Source: an uncultured Bacilli bacterium
GTDB taxonomy: Bacteria > Bacillota_I > Bacilli_A > RF39 > UBA660
Reading direction: 5' to 3'
NCBI GenBank assembly: GCA_944358505.1
Contig: CALVRG010000027.1
Span: 3,872 to 67,871 of the forward strand
Length of the DNA stretch: 64,000 nucleotides
Of the stretch, positions 28,902-37,904 are shown one piece after another. Position 1 is the stretch's first letter. Each line of letters starts with the position of its first letter. The translations under genes and the position numbers were made by a program. The notes below the pieces were generated by a model. The model was given only the letters and a program-made list of their open reading frames with translations. It ran no database searches and had not been told where the DNA came from.

Positions 28902-30203
28902 TTAATTACTATGCTTTAATGCCTTTTTTACTTGATATAAATTATAGAAAGTTGTAAAAACTACATTAAGACTAGTAGCAAAAATAAGACCCCACATGCC
29001 TATTTTTAAAAGCGAAAAGAATAGTAAAGAAAGAGTCCTAATGAATGTTCCGGCAATTGTAGCTTTTAATCCGAGTTTAGTAAGCCCCATAGCATCCAAG
29101 CTAGCAGATAGAGGTGCTTGGATATATTGAAGAATACAAATAGGTGCAAGAAATCTCATATAAGATGCACCTTCGGTTGTATTATAAATAAGCTTTATAA
29201 AAAAATCAGGGAACATTGCTAAAGAAATAGAAGCAGGCACACCTATTAAAAGGGAAATACCAATAGCTTGTTTGATTTTTTTCTTAGCATAATTATAGTT
29301 CTTACTACTAGTAGCTTTAGAAATAACAGGTAACAAGGCTTGGGATATAGCAAGTGTAAAAAAAGAAGGAAGAAGTAAAAGTGGCATAATATAACCGCTA
29401 ATAACACCATATTCAGTTACAATAAAACTAGAGCTATAACCAGAGAAAACTAAAACATTAGTTAAAATAATGGGTTCCAAAAAGTAACCTAGAGAACCTA
29501 TTAATCTACTTGCAGTTGAAGGAACACTTATAGTTAAAGCTTCTTTAGCGTAATTTTTATTAAAATGTAAATCATTTTTTTTAATAGTTAAATTTTTAGG
29601 TAAAAATAAAAATAAAACTAAAATAGAAGAAAGTTCACTAATAATATTAGTTAAAATAACAAAAGTAACAGCAACTTCTAATCCTTTGTTAATAAAGATA
29701 GGAATACCAATAATTATTAATATAAGCCTAATAATATCTTCTAAAACATTAGAGGTTACATGGGGCAACATTTTTTGCTTTCCGAAAAAATAACTTCTTA
29801 AAATACTAGACGTACTAGTTAATGGCAAAACTACACAAATAGCAAGAATAGGAAGTAATGCTCTTTTTTCATGTAAAAAATTAAAAGCCAAAGTAGGAGC
29901 TAATATTATAACGAAAGAAATAATAATAATATTAATAATTAAAGAAATTGGTAACAGAGAAAAAAGAAGTCTTTTATTATTTTTAGAATCTTCAGCAATT
30001 AATTTAGATAAGGCAGTAGGAATACCAAATTGACAAATTCCTATTAATAAAGAAAAAGTAGGTAGTACAAGCATATATAAGCCGATTCCTTCACTACCCA
30101 TTAATCTACTCATAATTATCTTTATAACCATTCCTAAAACTTTAGTTAAAAAGCCGCCAATAATTAAAATAATAGTTGATTTAATAAAATTTTCTTTTGC
30201 CAT
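28902..30203 (-). CDS. MOP-superfamily flippase of the SpoVB/MurJ/Wzx family (Polysacc_synt)
   Basis: 12 or more TM segments. The N-terminus MAKENFIKSTIILIIGGFLTKVLGMVIKIIMSRLMGSEGIGLYMLVLPTFSLLIGICQFGIPTALSKLIAED closely follows the SpoVB-type signature. It is the first gene of a minus-strand operon with the RR and HK. Confidence 0.65.
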   Translation of the reverse strand: MAKENFIKSTIILIIGGFLTKVLGMVIKIIMSRLMGSEGIGLYMLVLPTFSLLIGICQFGIPTALSKLIAEDSKNNKRLLFSLLPISLIINIIIISFVIILAPTLAFNFLHEKRALLPILAICVVLPLTSTSSILRSYFFGKQKMLPHVTSNVLEDIIRLILIIIGIPIFINKGLEVAVTFVILTNIISELSSILVLFLFLPKNLTIKKNDLHFNKNYAKEALTISVPSTASRLIGSLGYFLEPIILTNVLVFSGYSSSFIVTEYGVISGYIMPLLLLPSFFTLAISQALLPVISKATSSKNYNYAKKKIKQAIGISLLIGVPASISLAMFPDFFIKLIYNTTEGASYMRFLAPICILQYIQAPLSASLDAMGLTKLGLKATIAGTFIRTLSLLFFSLLKIGMWGLIFATSLNVVFTTFYNLYQVKKALKHSN

Positions 30204-30230
30204 TTATATCACCTATTTTATATATATGAA

Positions 30231-30314
30231 TGTAAAGATTAAAAAATATGTAAAAAAATGTTTGTAAACACCTGTAAAAGAACTTTGTAAATTCATTGTA
30301 AAAATTATTGTAAA
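30231..30314. repeat. Phased array of 7 direct TGTAAA (minus strand TTTACA) hexamers in a divergent promoter region
   Basis: TGTAAA occurs at 30231, 30249, 30263, 30273, 30286, 30297 and 30309. The last five are spaced 10-13 bp apart. The array lies 28-110 nt upstream of the flippase/RR/HK operon start and about 80 nt upstream of the + strand gene at 30391. Confidence 0.5.
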
Positions 30315-30390
30315 ATTATATGTTAGTACTTTTTTAATGTTTAAGACTATGTTACACTTTATAATATAAATGTAGTAAGAGGTGTTATAT

Positions 30391-31500
30391 ATGAGTTTTG
30401 AAAATATAATAGATATTTTAGCAGCCAAGGAAGTTATAATAATATTAATAATAATTGGAATAATTTTGTTTGTATATTTTATTCTTTGGTTTATAGAATT
30501 TATGAAAAAACACGAAGAAAAGAAAAAACTTCAAAATAATACAATGGAATTAAATAAATTAGTAGAAGAAGTTGCAAAGGCATCAAAGTCTAAAGAGGAA
30601 CCTATTTCTATAATAAAAGATAATACTATACCTGAAATTATAGAAGAAAAAACTATAAATCAACCTAAAATAGAAGAAAAAAATAATACAATTATAGAAG
30701 CAAGAGAGGAAAAACCTGAAGTCGTTATTGTTAAAAATCAAGTTAGTCCTATTGAAATAAAACCAATGGTTGTAAGTACAGAGAAAACTAAAATTGATAC
30801 AAACGATAGCATAGTATTAAATGATAAATATGAAGAAAAAGTTGAAATAGTTGAACCTTCTAGAATAGTTCCCGTTGATACTCCTAAAAATGAAGAAGAA
30901 GTAATTAAATATAAAGATGAAGTATATACAGAAATTGAAGCAAAAAAAGAACTAGAAAGAATTACAGAAGAGTTAAGAAAACTTGAAACTGAAGATAGAT
31001 CTGAAAATATCGAGCTTACTAAATTTGAAACAGAGCAAGAAGAAAATGCTATTATTAGTTTAGATGAATTATTATTAAAAGGAAAAACTATAACTGAACA
31101 AAATGAAACTACGCAATATCAAGACGATGGTAATGAACCAATTAGCATAGAAGAATTAGAAGAAAGATATAAAAGTAGTAAAGAAAACATAGAAACTCTT
31201 ACTATAAAAGAAGAACCAATAAAAAAAGAATCAGAAACTAATAATAAAGTATCTATAGATGATTTTTTATCAGCTAAAACAAAAGTATCTACAGTAAATG
31301 CATATCAAGAAAAGAAGAATGTATATCATCCAAGCCCAATTATAAGCCCAATTTATGGAATAGAGGAAGAACCTGTAGTAAATAAAAATACAACTTTAGA
31401 ATTAGAAAATACTGCAAACTTAAAGAAATTTGACGATGAAATTAGAAAGACAAATGAATTTTTATCTAAATTAAGAGATTTACAGCAAAAATTAGATTAA
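30391..31500 (+). CDS. Hypothetical membrane-anchored Glu/Lys-rich coiled-coil protein
   Basis: The ATG at 30391 has GAGGTG upstream; the track ORF starts at 30382. The product has an N-terminal TM helix followed by about 330 aa of highly charged E/K-rich low-complexity sequence. Confidence 0.35.
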   Translation: MSFENIIDILAAKEVIIILIIIGIILFVYFILWFIEFMKKHEEKKKLQNNTMELNKLVEEVAKASKSKEEPISIIKDNTIPEIIEEKTINQPKIEEKNNTIIEAREEKPEVVIVKNQVSPIEIKPMVVSTEKTKIDTNDSIVLNDKYEEKVEIVEPSRIVPVDTPKNEEEVIKYKDEVYTEIEAKKELERITEELRKLETEDRSENIELTKFETEQEENAIISLDELLLKGKTITEQNETTQYQDDGNEPISIEELEERYKSSKENIETLTIKEEPIKKESETNNKVSIDDFLSAKTKVSTVNAYQEKKNVYHPSPIISPIYGIEEEPVVNKNTTLELENTANLKKFDDEIRKTNEFLSKLRDLQQKLD

Positions 31501-31630
31501 TTATAATAAGTGATGTATTTCATTAGATACATTACTTTTTATTTAATAAGAAAATTGTCTAACAAATATGTTAAAAATTAGTGGTATTTTTTTTCAATAT
31601 ATTTTATACTATCTTCTAGGAAGTGATTAC

Positions 31631-32941
31631 ATGAAGAACATTACAATATTACCAGCTGATACATATGTTGTTGTCAATAAGACTGTTCTTCATGAAGAAG
31701 ATAGGCGTCTTTTAACTATGCTTTATCAACCTATAATTGGTTATACAGCAATAAGTCTTTATTTAACTTTAGTAGATGATCTAGATGAATTAAAAAGGAC
31801 TAGTAATGATTTAAACCATCATCATTTAATGAGTATAATGCAACTTCGTCTTGAAGAAATTATGATAGCAAGAGAAAAATTAGAAGCAGTTGGGCTATTA
31901 AAGACATATTTAAAAAAAGGTGATGTTAATAATTATGTCTATTTACTATATTCGCCAATTTCTGCAAATGAATTTTTTAATCATCCCATCTTAAATATAG
32001 TCTTATATAATAATATAGGTAAAAAAGAGTATGATAAGAGACAAGAAATGTTTAAGATTCCAAGAGTAAGATTAAATGACTATGAAGATATAAGCCATAA
32101 ATTTAATGAGGTATTTAGAAGTAGTAATCTAAAACCATTTGAAGTAATTGAAGATATTGAAAAAAGGGAAGAAGCAAAAATTATTCTTGATGATATAATT
32201 GATTTTAATCTTTTAATATCATCAATCCCAAGTGGCTTAATTAGTAATAGATGTTTTAGTGAGGATACAAAAAAGCTAATAAATAATCTCGCCTTAGTCT
32301 ATAATATTGATACAGAAAGAATGGGGGGGCTTGTTAGGATATCACTTACAGAAAAAGGGTTAATAGATAAAACTTTATTAAGAAAAAACTGTCGTAATTA
32401 TTATTCATTTGAAAATGTTGGAAACCTTCCTACACTAATTTATCAAATACAACCCGATTATTTAAAAAAGCCTAAAGGAGATAGTTCAAAATGGGCAAAA
32501 ATGGTCTATACTTTTGAAAATACTAGCCCATATGATTATTTAAAAAGCAAATATAAAGGAGCAGAACCTACAAAAAGAGATTTACAATTAATAGAAGATC
32601 TAATGAATGATCAAAAATTAAGTGCAGGTGTAGTAAATGTTTTAATATCATATGCATTGAAAATAAATAATCAAAAGCTTAATCGTAGTTATTTAGAAAC
32701 AATAGCTGGACAGTGGAAGCGACTTAACATAGAGACAGTAGAAGAAGCAATGAAATTAACAGAAAAAGAATACAAAAAAATGAAGAAAGTAGCAACTAAT
32801 ACAACAAAGAATAAGATTGTTTCAAAAAAATTAGCAAGAGAAGAAATACTCCCAGATTGGTTTGACAAAGAATTAGAAACAGATAATACAAATAAAGAAG
32901 AACAAGAAGAATTAGATAAAATTATAGATAGCCTTGTTTAA
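31631..32941 (+). CDS. dnaB: Replication initiation and membrane attachment protein of the DnaD-domain family (B. subtilis DnaB-like helicase-loading factor)
   Basis: C-terminal DnaB_2/DDBH2 domain (SAGVVNVLISYALKINNQKLNRSYLETIAGQWKRLNIETVEEAMKL). The N-terminal region is winged-helix-like. The start at 31631 has GGAAGTGA upstream; the track ORF begins at 31568. Confidence 0.7.
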   Translation: MKNITILPADTYVVVNKTVLHEEDRRLLTMLYQPIIGYTAISLYLTLVDDLDELKRTSNDLNHHHLMSIMQLRLEEIMIAREKLEAVGLLKTYLKKGDVNNYVYLLYSPISANEFFNHPILNIVLYNNIGKKEYDKRQEMFKIPRVRLNDYEDISHKFNEVFRSSNLKPFEVIEDIEKREEAKIILDDIIDFNLLISSIPSGLISNRCFSEDTKKLINNLALVYNIDTERMGGLVRISLTEKGLIDKTLLRKNCRNYYSFENVGNLPTLIYQIQPDYLKKPKGDSSKWAKMVYTFENTSPYDYLKSKYKGAEPTKRDLQLIEDLMNDQKLSAGVVNVLISYALKINNQKLNRSYLETIAGQWKRLNIETVEEAMKLTEKEYKKMKKVATNTTKNKIVSKKLAREEILPDWFDKELETDNTNKEEQEELDKIIDSLV

Positions 32942-32989
32942 TTGTTAAAATTATGCTATAATATGCCATATTAAAAGGGGGATATAATT

Positions 32990-33466
32990 ATGCAAAATCC
33001 AATTGCTAGAAAATATATTATTGATATGATATTTACTATAGTAGTAATTTCTTTACTCACTTGGTTTTGGTTTGGACCTTATCAAGATAAAATTAGAATC
33101 AAAGAATCCTTAATGGAAAATAATATAGAGTTTAATAAAGATATTGCATATAGTGGCTTTGATTATTTAAAAGTAACTAGTAATAAAGTTACAAAAGATT
33201 TAAAGGTTACAAATGATGGGAATGAAGAAATGAGCTTTATTATCAGCTTTGATAATTTAACTAATGATAACAACAATTATATTAACTATATTATAACAGA
33301 TAATGATGGCTATCAAAGTGATACAAGAAACTTGGCATTAGATGGATATATTTTAGAAAATAGTTTAGATACGAATGAAACTAAAACTTATCAAATTACT
33401 ATATGGAGTGATAATGAGGAAATAAACGGGAACTTAAATATATTATTAAATCCAATATTAGCTTAA
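32990..33466 (+). CDS. Hypothetical membrane-anchored protein
   Basis: Strong RBS AAGGGGGA. One N-terminal TM helix, then an extracytoplasmic domain rich in Asn/Asp. Confidence 0.35.
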   Translation: MQNPIARKYIIDMIFTIVVISLLTWFWFGPYQDKIRIKESLMENNIEFNKDIAYSGFDYLKVTSNKVTKDLKVTNDGNEEMSFIISFDNLTNDNNNYINYIITDNDGYQSDTRNLALDGYILENSLDTNETKTYQITIWSDNEEINGNLNILLNPILA

Positions 33467-33508
33467 CAAATAACAAATGATGTGATAAAATATAAATATC
33501 ACTTGATT

Positions 33509-33583
33509 GTCCCCATAGTTCAACGGATAGAACAAGGCCCTCCTAAGGCTTAGATGAAGGTTCGATTCCCTCTGGGGACGCCA
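33509..33583 (+). tRNA. tRNA-Arg (anticodon CCU)
   Basis: GTCCCCATAGTTCAACGGATAGAACAAGGCCCTCCTAAGGCTTAGATGAAGGTTCGATTCCCTCTGGGGACGCCA folds as a cloverleaf. It has a 7-bp acceptor stem, D-stem GTTC/GAAC, anticodon loop CTCCTAA, T-loop TTCGATT and an encoded CCA. There is one A:C mismatch in the T-stem and a 4-nt variable loop. Confidence 0.8.
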
Positions 33584-33938
33584 TTTTTTTGGAGAAAAAT
33601 TAAATGTTAATTTTAATAGAAAAAATTAATACAGATTTAACAAAGTAATAAAAATTATTTTGTTTTTTTTATTATTTAAATGCTTATTAAATTATACATA
33701 TAATAGAAATATATTGCAGAAAATGATAAATAAGAAACGAATAAAAAGTAAAGATTATAAGTAAAGTATAATAGAAGCTATTATATAACAAAAAAATACA
33801 TTATATTTTAATAGTTTATTTTCTAAAAGAATTGTGATATTAAAAATAAAATATTTAATTCTTTGAATAAGATTTAAAATTTACTTGTTCCTCTTAATAA
33901 TTTATTGTATAATCATGATAGAATAAGAAGGTGCTTTT

Positions 33939-35708
33939 ATGTTAGGAATAATTAAAGAAATAATAGATAATAGTGTAATTGTAGATTTAACTATAGATTT
34001 AACAAAACAATCTAATTTACTTAATCTGCATGTAATATTTGAAGATAATAATATAAAAATAGTGGGTGAAATAGTTAGTAGTACAAAAACAACTTTAAAA
34101 ATAAATATTGTTGGTGAAATAAAAAATAATACTTTTCTACCAGGTATAAGCGCCAAGCCTTCATTTCGTTCTACTGTTAGAATTGTAAATATGGCTGAAC
34201 TTGCCCTTATTTTAGGGCCACTAGAACCAACTGCTAATGAGGTAACATTAGGATATTCTAATATTTATCAAAATTATAAAATAAATATGAATATAAATGA
34301 TTTTTTTAGTAATCATTTTGCAATATTAGGTAATAGTGGTGCTGGCAAATCATTTTCTGTTAGCCGAATTTTACAAAATGTTTTTGCAGATCCTAAAAAA
34401 AGCCCTTATGGAGCTCATGTTATTATATTTGATGCCTATGGAGAATATACAAGAGCTTTAGGAAATATTGATAAAGTAAATCAAAATATGCATTACAAAA
34501 CTTATACAACTAATCTTAGTAAATCTTCTAGTGAAATTTTAAATATACCACTATGGTTACTTGGTGTAGATGATTTAGCATTGCTTTTAGATGTAACAAC
34601 ACCAAATCAAATACCTATAATTGAAAAAGCTTTAAGTCTTGTTACAATATTAACAGGTGATGATCCCGATGTTATTAAATATAAAAATGACATTATTGCA
34701 AGAGCAGTGTTAGATATTCTTTTAAGTGGGCATCAGTCTACTAAAATAAGAGATCAGGTAATAGCGGTTTTAACTAAATTCAATTCTAAAGATTTAAGTC
34801 TTGAGGCAAAAATTATCCAACCAGGTTATACAAGAACATTTAAACAATGTCTATATATAGATAAAACAGGAAAAATGATGGAAATGGAATTAGTTGTGAA
34901 TTTTGTAAAACAATTCATTATGGATGATCTCAATTTAGAAAATCGCCCAGAAAAATTTGTTGCTTATACTTTGAAAGATTTAGAGACAGCTATGGATTTT
35001 GCTCTTATTAGTGAAGGTATTTTAAAAAGTGATAAAGTATATGATTATGCTAATGTTTTAAGTGTTAGATTACATTCCCTTGCTAATAGTCCAAGCCATA
35101 TATTTTTTGATTCCAATATTTATATTAATAAAGATACTTATTTAGATAGGTTATTTACTAATATGGATGGAGCAAGATGCCAATTAGTAAACTTCAATAT
35201 TAGTTATATAGAAGATCGTCTTGCAAAGGTAATAACAAAAATAATTTCTAAACTTATATTTGATACAGCAGTTACCAATGAAAATCGTGGTAGTGTCCCA
35301 TATCACATCATTATTGAAGAAGCCCATCGCTATGTTCAAAAAGATACTGATATAGACATACTTGGTTATAATATCTTTGATCGAATTACAAAAGAAGGAC
35401 GGAAATATGGTGTTCTATTAGGACTTATTACGCAAAGACCTAGTGAGTTATCGGATACTGCAATATCGCAATGTTCAAATTTCGTAATTTTGAGAACATT
35501 ACATCCAAAAGATTTAAGTTATATAAAAGATATGGTTCCATCAATTTCTTTAGAGGTTACCAATCAACTCAAAAATTTAAAACCAGGTAATGCTATTATA
35601 TTTGGAAGTGCTTTTAAAGTTCCAATTAATATGTATTTTGAAAAAGCTGATCCTGAACCATTGTCTAATAACGTTGATATTGCAAATATTTGGTATAAAA
35701 AAATATAA
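33939..35708 (+). CDS. HerA-like (DUF87) P-loop ATPase with an N-terminal HAS-barrel; FtsK/HerA-superfamily translocase-like
   Basis: N-terminal beta-barrel-like region, Walker A ILGNSGAGKSFSV, and Walker B with the catalytic Glu, HIIIEEAHRYV. The C-terminal arginine-finger-rich region follows. 589 aa. RBS AGAAGGTG. Confidence 0.7.
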   Translation: MLGIIKEIIDNSVIVDLTIDLTKQSNLLNLHVIFEDNNIKIVGEIVSSTKTTLKINIVGEIKNNTFLPGISAKPSFRSTVRIVNMAELALILGPLEPTANEVTLGYSNIYQNYKINMNINDFFSNHFAILGNSGAGKSFSVSRILQNVFADPKKSPYGAHVIIFDAYGEYTRALGNIDKVNQNMHYKTYTTNLSKSSSEILNIPLWLLGVDDLALLLDVTTPNQIPIIEKALSLVTILTGDDPDVIKYKNDIIARAVLDILLSGHQSTKIRDQVIAVLTKFNSKDLSLEAKIIQPGYTRTFKQCLYIDKTGKMMEMELVVNFVKQFIMDDLNLENRPEKFVAYTLKDLETAMDFALISEGILKSDKVYDYANVLSVRLHSLANSPSHIFFDSNIYINKDTYLDRLFTNMDGARCQLVNFNISYIEDRLAKVITKIISKLIFDTAVTNENRGSVPYHIIIEEAHRYVQKDTDIDILGYNIFDRITKEGRKYGVLLGLITQRPSELSDTAISQCSNFVILRTLHPKDLSYIKDMVPSISLEVTNQLKNLKPGNAIIFGSAFKVPINMYFEKADPEPLSNNVDIANIWYKKI

Positions 35709-35770
35709 TTATACTTTTCGAATTAAAAAAAATATGATACTATAATATATAGTTAATAGGAGGATATAAA

Positions 35771-36199
35771 ATGGGTTTTGATAAATTAAAAAAATTAATT
35801 GGATCTGATGAAAGTGATAATGAGGAAGTAATAAAAGAGGAGGAGTATTATAAAGTGAGTAGAGAAGAATATAATGATGAATTTGGCGCAGCAGGAAGCA
35901 AAATGATATTACTAGAACCTCGTGCATACTCAGAAAGTCAACAAATAGCAGATTATTTAAAAGAAAGAAATGCAGTTGTTGTTAACTTGAAAAGAGTAAC
36001 ACCAGATCAGGCTAAAAGAATAGTTGATTTCTTAAGTGGTACTTTATATGCAATTGGTGGCGATTTACAAAAACTAGGTGGAGGAATATTTTTATGTACT
36101 CCGAATAATGTTAATGTAGAAGGCGAAATTTCTGATGATGCTGCTCCAGCTAAACAAGCAAAAAGAGCAAAAAAACAAGATGATGAATTTGATTGGTAA
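35771..36199 (+). CDS. sepF: Cell division protein SepF
   Basis: Conserved SepF core ([29 protein letters not shown]...[31 protein letters not shown]). RBS AGGAGGA. Confidence 0.8.
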   Translation: MGFDKLKKLIGSDESDNEEVIKEEEYYKVSREEYNDEFGAAGSKMILLEPRAYSESQQIADYLKERNAVVVNLKRVTPDQAKRIVDFLSGTLYAIGGDLQKLGGGIFLCTPNNVNVEGEISDDAAPAKQAKRAKKQDDEFDW

Positions 36200-36226
36200 A
36201 AACCCGCAATAAGGGATGTGATATAA

Positions 36227-36664
36227 GTGGACAAATTTAATTATGAAGCCAATGGATATAATAGAGCTGAAGTTAATAAATTTGTAACTGATGTAATTAA
36301 AGAAACAGAGGGAATAATCAAAAGGTGTAAAGATCAAAAGAAAGAAATAGAAGATTTAAAAGATAAATTAAGTCACTATGAAGGTTTAGAAAACACTTTA
36401 AAACAATCCTTAATAAATGCTGAAAAAACAGCTGATAATGTTAAACGTTTAGCTCGCGAAGAAGCTGAAATTATTGTTAGTGATGCTAAACATAATGCTT
36501 CAAGAATAGTAGGAGAATCCTTGCTTAAAGCTAGAAAGATTGAACAGGAATCTGATATATTAGAAAAAAATATTAAAATTTTTAAAAGAAAATTAAAAAT
36601 TATTGTAGAGCAACAATTAGCTGTAGTAGAAGAAATAGAAACACTAGACTTAAATGACAATTAA
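36227..36664 (+). CDS. DivIVA-domain protein
   Basis: N-terminal DivIVA motif (FNYEANGYNRAEVNKFVTDV) then coiled coil. 145 aa. It is downstream of sepF, as in the ylm-divIVA region. Confidence 0.55.
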   Translation: MDKFNYEANGYNRAEVNKFVTDVIKETEGIIKRCKDQKKEIEDLKDKLSHYEGLENTLKQSLINAEKTADNVKRLAREEAEIIVSDAKHNASRIVGESLLKARKIEQESDILEKNIKIFKRKLKIIVEQQLAVVEEIETLDLNDN

Positions 36665-36696
36665 TTCTAGTTTTCTAATTTTTAGGAAGGAGAATT

Positions 36697-37323
36697 ATGG
36701 AAGATTCTAAAGAATTAGAAGCCTTAATTTTAAAATATACAGCAGCATTAAAAACATTAGAAACACAAATAAATATTTTGTTACAAGATTATGAACAAAA
36801 AAACAATTACAATCCTGTAGAACATATAAAATCAAGATTAAAAAGTTATGATAGTGCAAGTAAAAAATTAGTATCTAAAGGTTATGAAGTAACGATAAAA
36901 AATATAGAAAAGCATGTTCACGATATGGTAGGATTACGGATTGTTTGTTCTTTTTTATCAGATGTTTATAAAATAGTAGAATTAATAGAAAATAGTGATC
37001 AAATAACTATCCATGATAAAGAAGATTATATTACTAATCCAAAAGATAGTGGCTATTCTAGCTATCATTTAAGCGTATATGTTCCAGTTTATTTAATAGA
37101 TGGTGTGCATCTAGTAGAAGCAGAAATACAAATAAGAACTATTGCAATGGATTTTTGGGCTAGTTTAGACCACAAAATAATTTATAAATTCCAAGGGAAC
37201 ATACCAAAAGAAATAAGAGAAGGTATGCAACACTGCGCAGAGGATATTCATAATTTAGATAAAAAAATGTTAGAATTAAATAAAGAAATGCAAACAATAA
37301 AAGAAGACAAAGAAGTAATTTAA
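36697..37323 (+). CDS. relQ: Small alarmone synthetase (RelQ/RelP-type GTP pyrophosphokinase)
   Basis: RelA/SpoT synthetase-domain motifs (VGLRIVCSF, YSSYHLSVYVPV, EIQIRTIAMDFWASLDHKIIYK). 208 aa with no hydrolase or regulatory domains. Confidence 0.8.
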   Translation: MEDSKELEALILKYTAALKTLETQINILLQDYEQKNNYNPVEHIKSRLKSYDSASKKLVSKGYEVTIKNIEKHVHDMVGLRIVCSFLSDVYKIVELIENSDQITIHDKEDYITNPKDSGYSSYHLSVYVPVYLIDGVHLVEAEIQIRTIAMDFWASLDHKIIYKFQGNIPKEIREGMQHCAEDIHNLDKKMLELNKEMQTIKEDKEVI

Positions 37324-37348
37324 TTATAATAATGTATAAAATGCAAAT

Positions 37349-37375
37349 ATTCCTCCATAATATTTATGGAGGAAT
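37349..37375 (+). promoter_or_regulatory. Perfect 12-bp-arm inverted repeat that occludes the Shine-Dalgarno of the downstream gene
   Basis: attcctccataa-tat-ttatggaggaat. The 3' arm contains GGAGG (37368-37372), which lies 7 nt upstream of the ATG at 37380. The 5' arm contains the complementary CCUCC. Confidence 0.45.
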
Positions 37376-37379
37376 TAAT

Positions 37380-37808
37380 ATGGAAAATGAAGTAAATGTT
37401 TTAGATGAATTAAATAAAGGTACATGTATGGGCATTGATGCAATACATTTTATACTAGACAAGGTTAAAGATGATAATTTAAGAAAAGAATTAAATAGAC
37501 TACATAATAAATATAGAGAAATATCAAATGGGATATGCAAAATTTATAAAGAATATAGTAATAAAATGCCACATGAAACAAACGCTATTAATAAAGCCAT
37601 GACATGGTATAGCACCAATATGAAAACATTAACTGATGATAGTACTTCTAAAATAGCAGAGTTACTAGTTCAAGGACTTAACATGGGTATAATTGAGGGT
37701 AGAAGATTACTAAATCACAAAGAAACTGATTCGAATGTTACAAAATTAACTAAAGAATACGTCGCAATACAAGAAGAAGCATTGGAAAAGCTAAAAAAAT
37801 TTCTATAA
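37380..37808 (+). CDS. Hypothetical protein
   Basis: The ORF starts at ATG 37380, with GGAGGA 7 nt upstream; the track ORF starts at 37332 inside the palindrome. The product is predicted to be helical. No motif I recognise. Confidence 0.35.
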   Translation: MENEVNVLDELNKGTCMGIDAIHFILDKVKDDNLRKELNRLHNKYREISNGICKIYKEYSNKMPHETNAINKAMTWYSTNMKTLTDDSTSKIAELLVQGLNMGIIEGRRLLNHKETDSNVTKLTKEYVAIQEEALEKLKKFL

Positions 37809-37829
37809 AATAATAATATGCAAGATATA

Positions 37830-37856
37830 GTACTAAGAAAACTTAGTACATTTTTC
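37830..37856 (+). terminator. Rho-independent terminator
   Basis: gtactaag-aaaa-cttagtac perfect 8-bp hairpin followed by atttttc. Confidence 0.55.
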
Positions 37857-37904
37857 TTGTTAAAAAACTAAATATTTTGTATTATAATTCTAGGTGATGA
37901 TTTA

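Noticed and set aside
33939-35708. Sir2-HerA or DUF4297-HerA anti-phage system
   Set aside because: The HerA-like gene is present but neither flanking gene (tRNA-Arg and a short intergenic region upstream, sepF downstream) encodes a Sir2, DUF4297 or nuclease partner. I reported it as a lone HerA-like ATPase and not as a named defence system.
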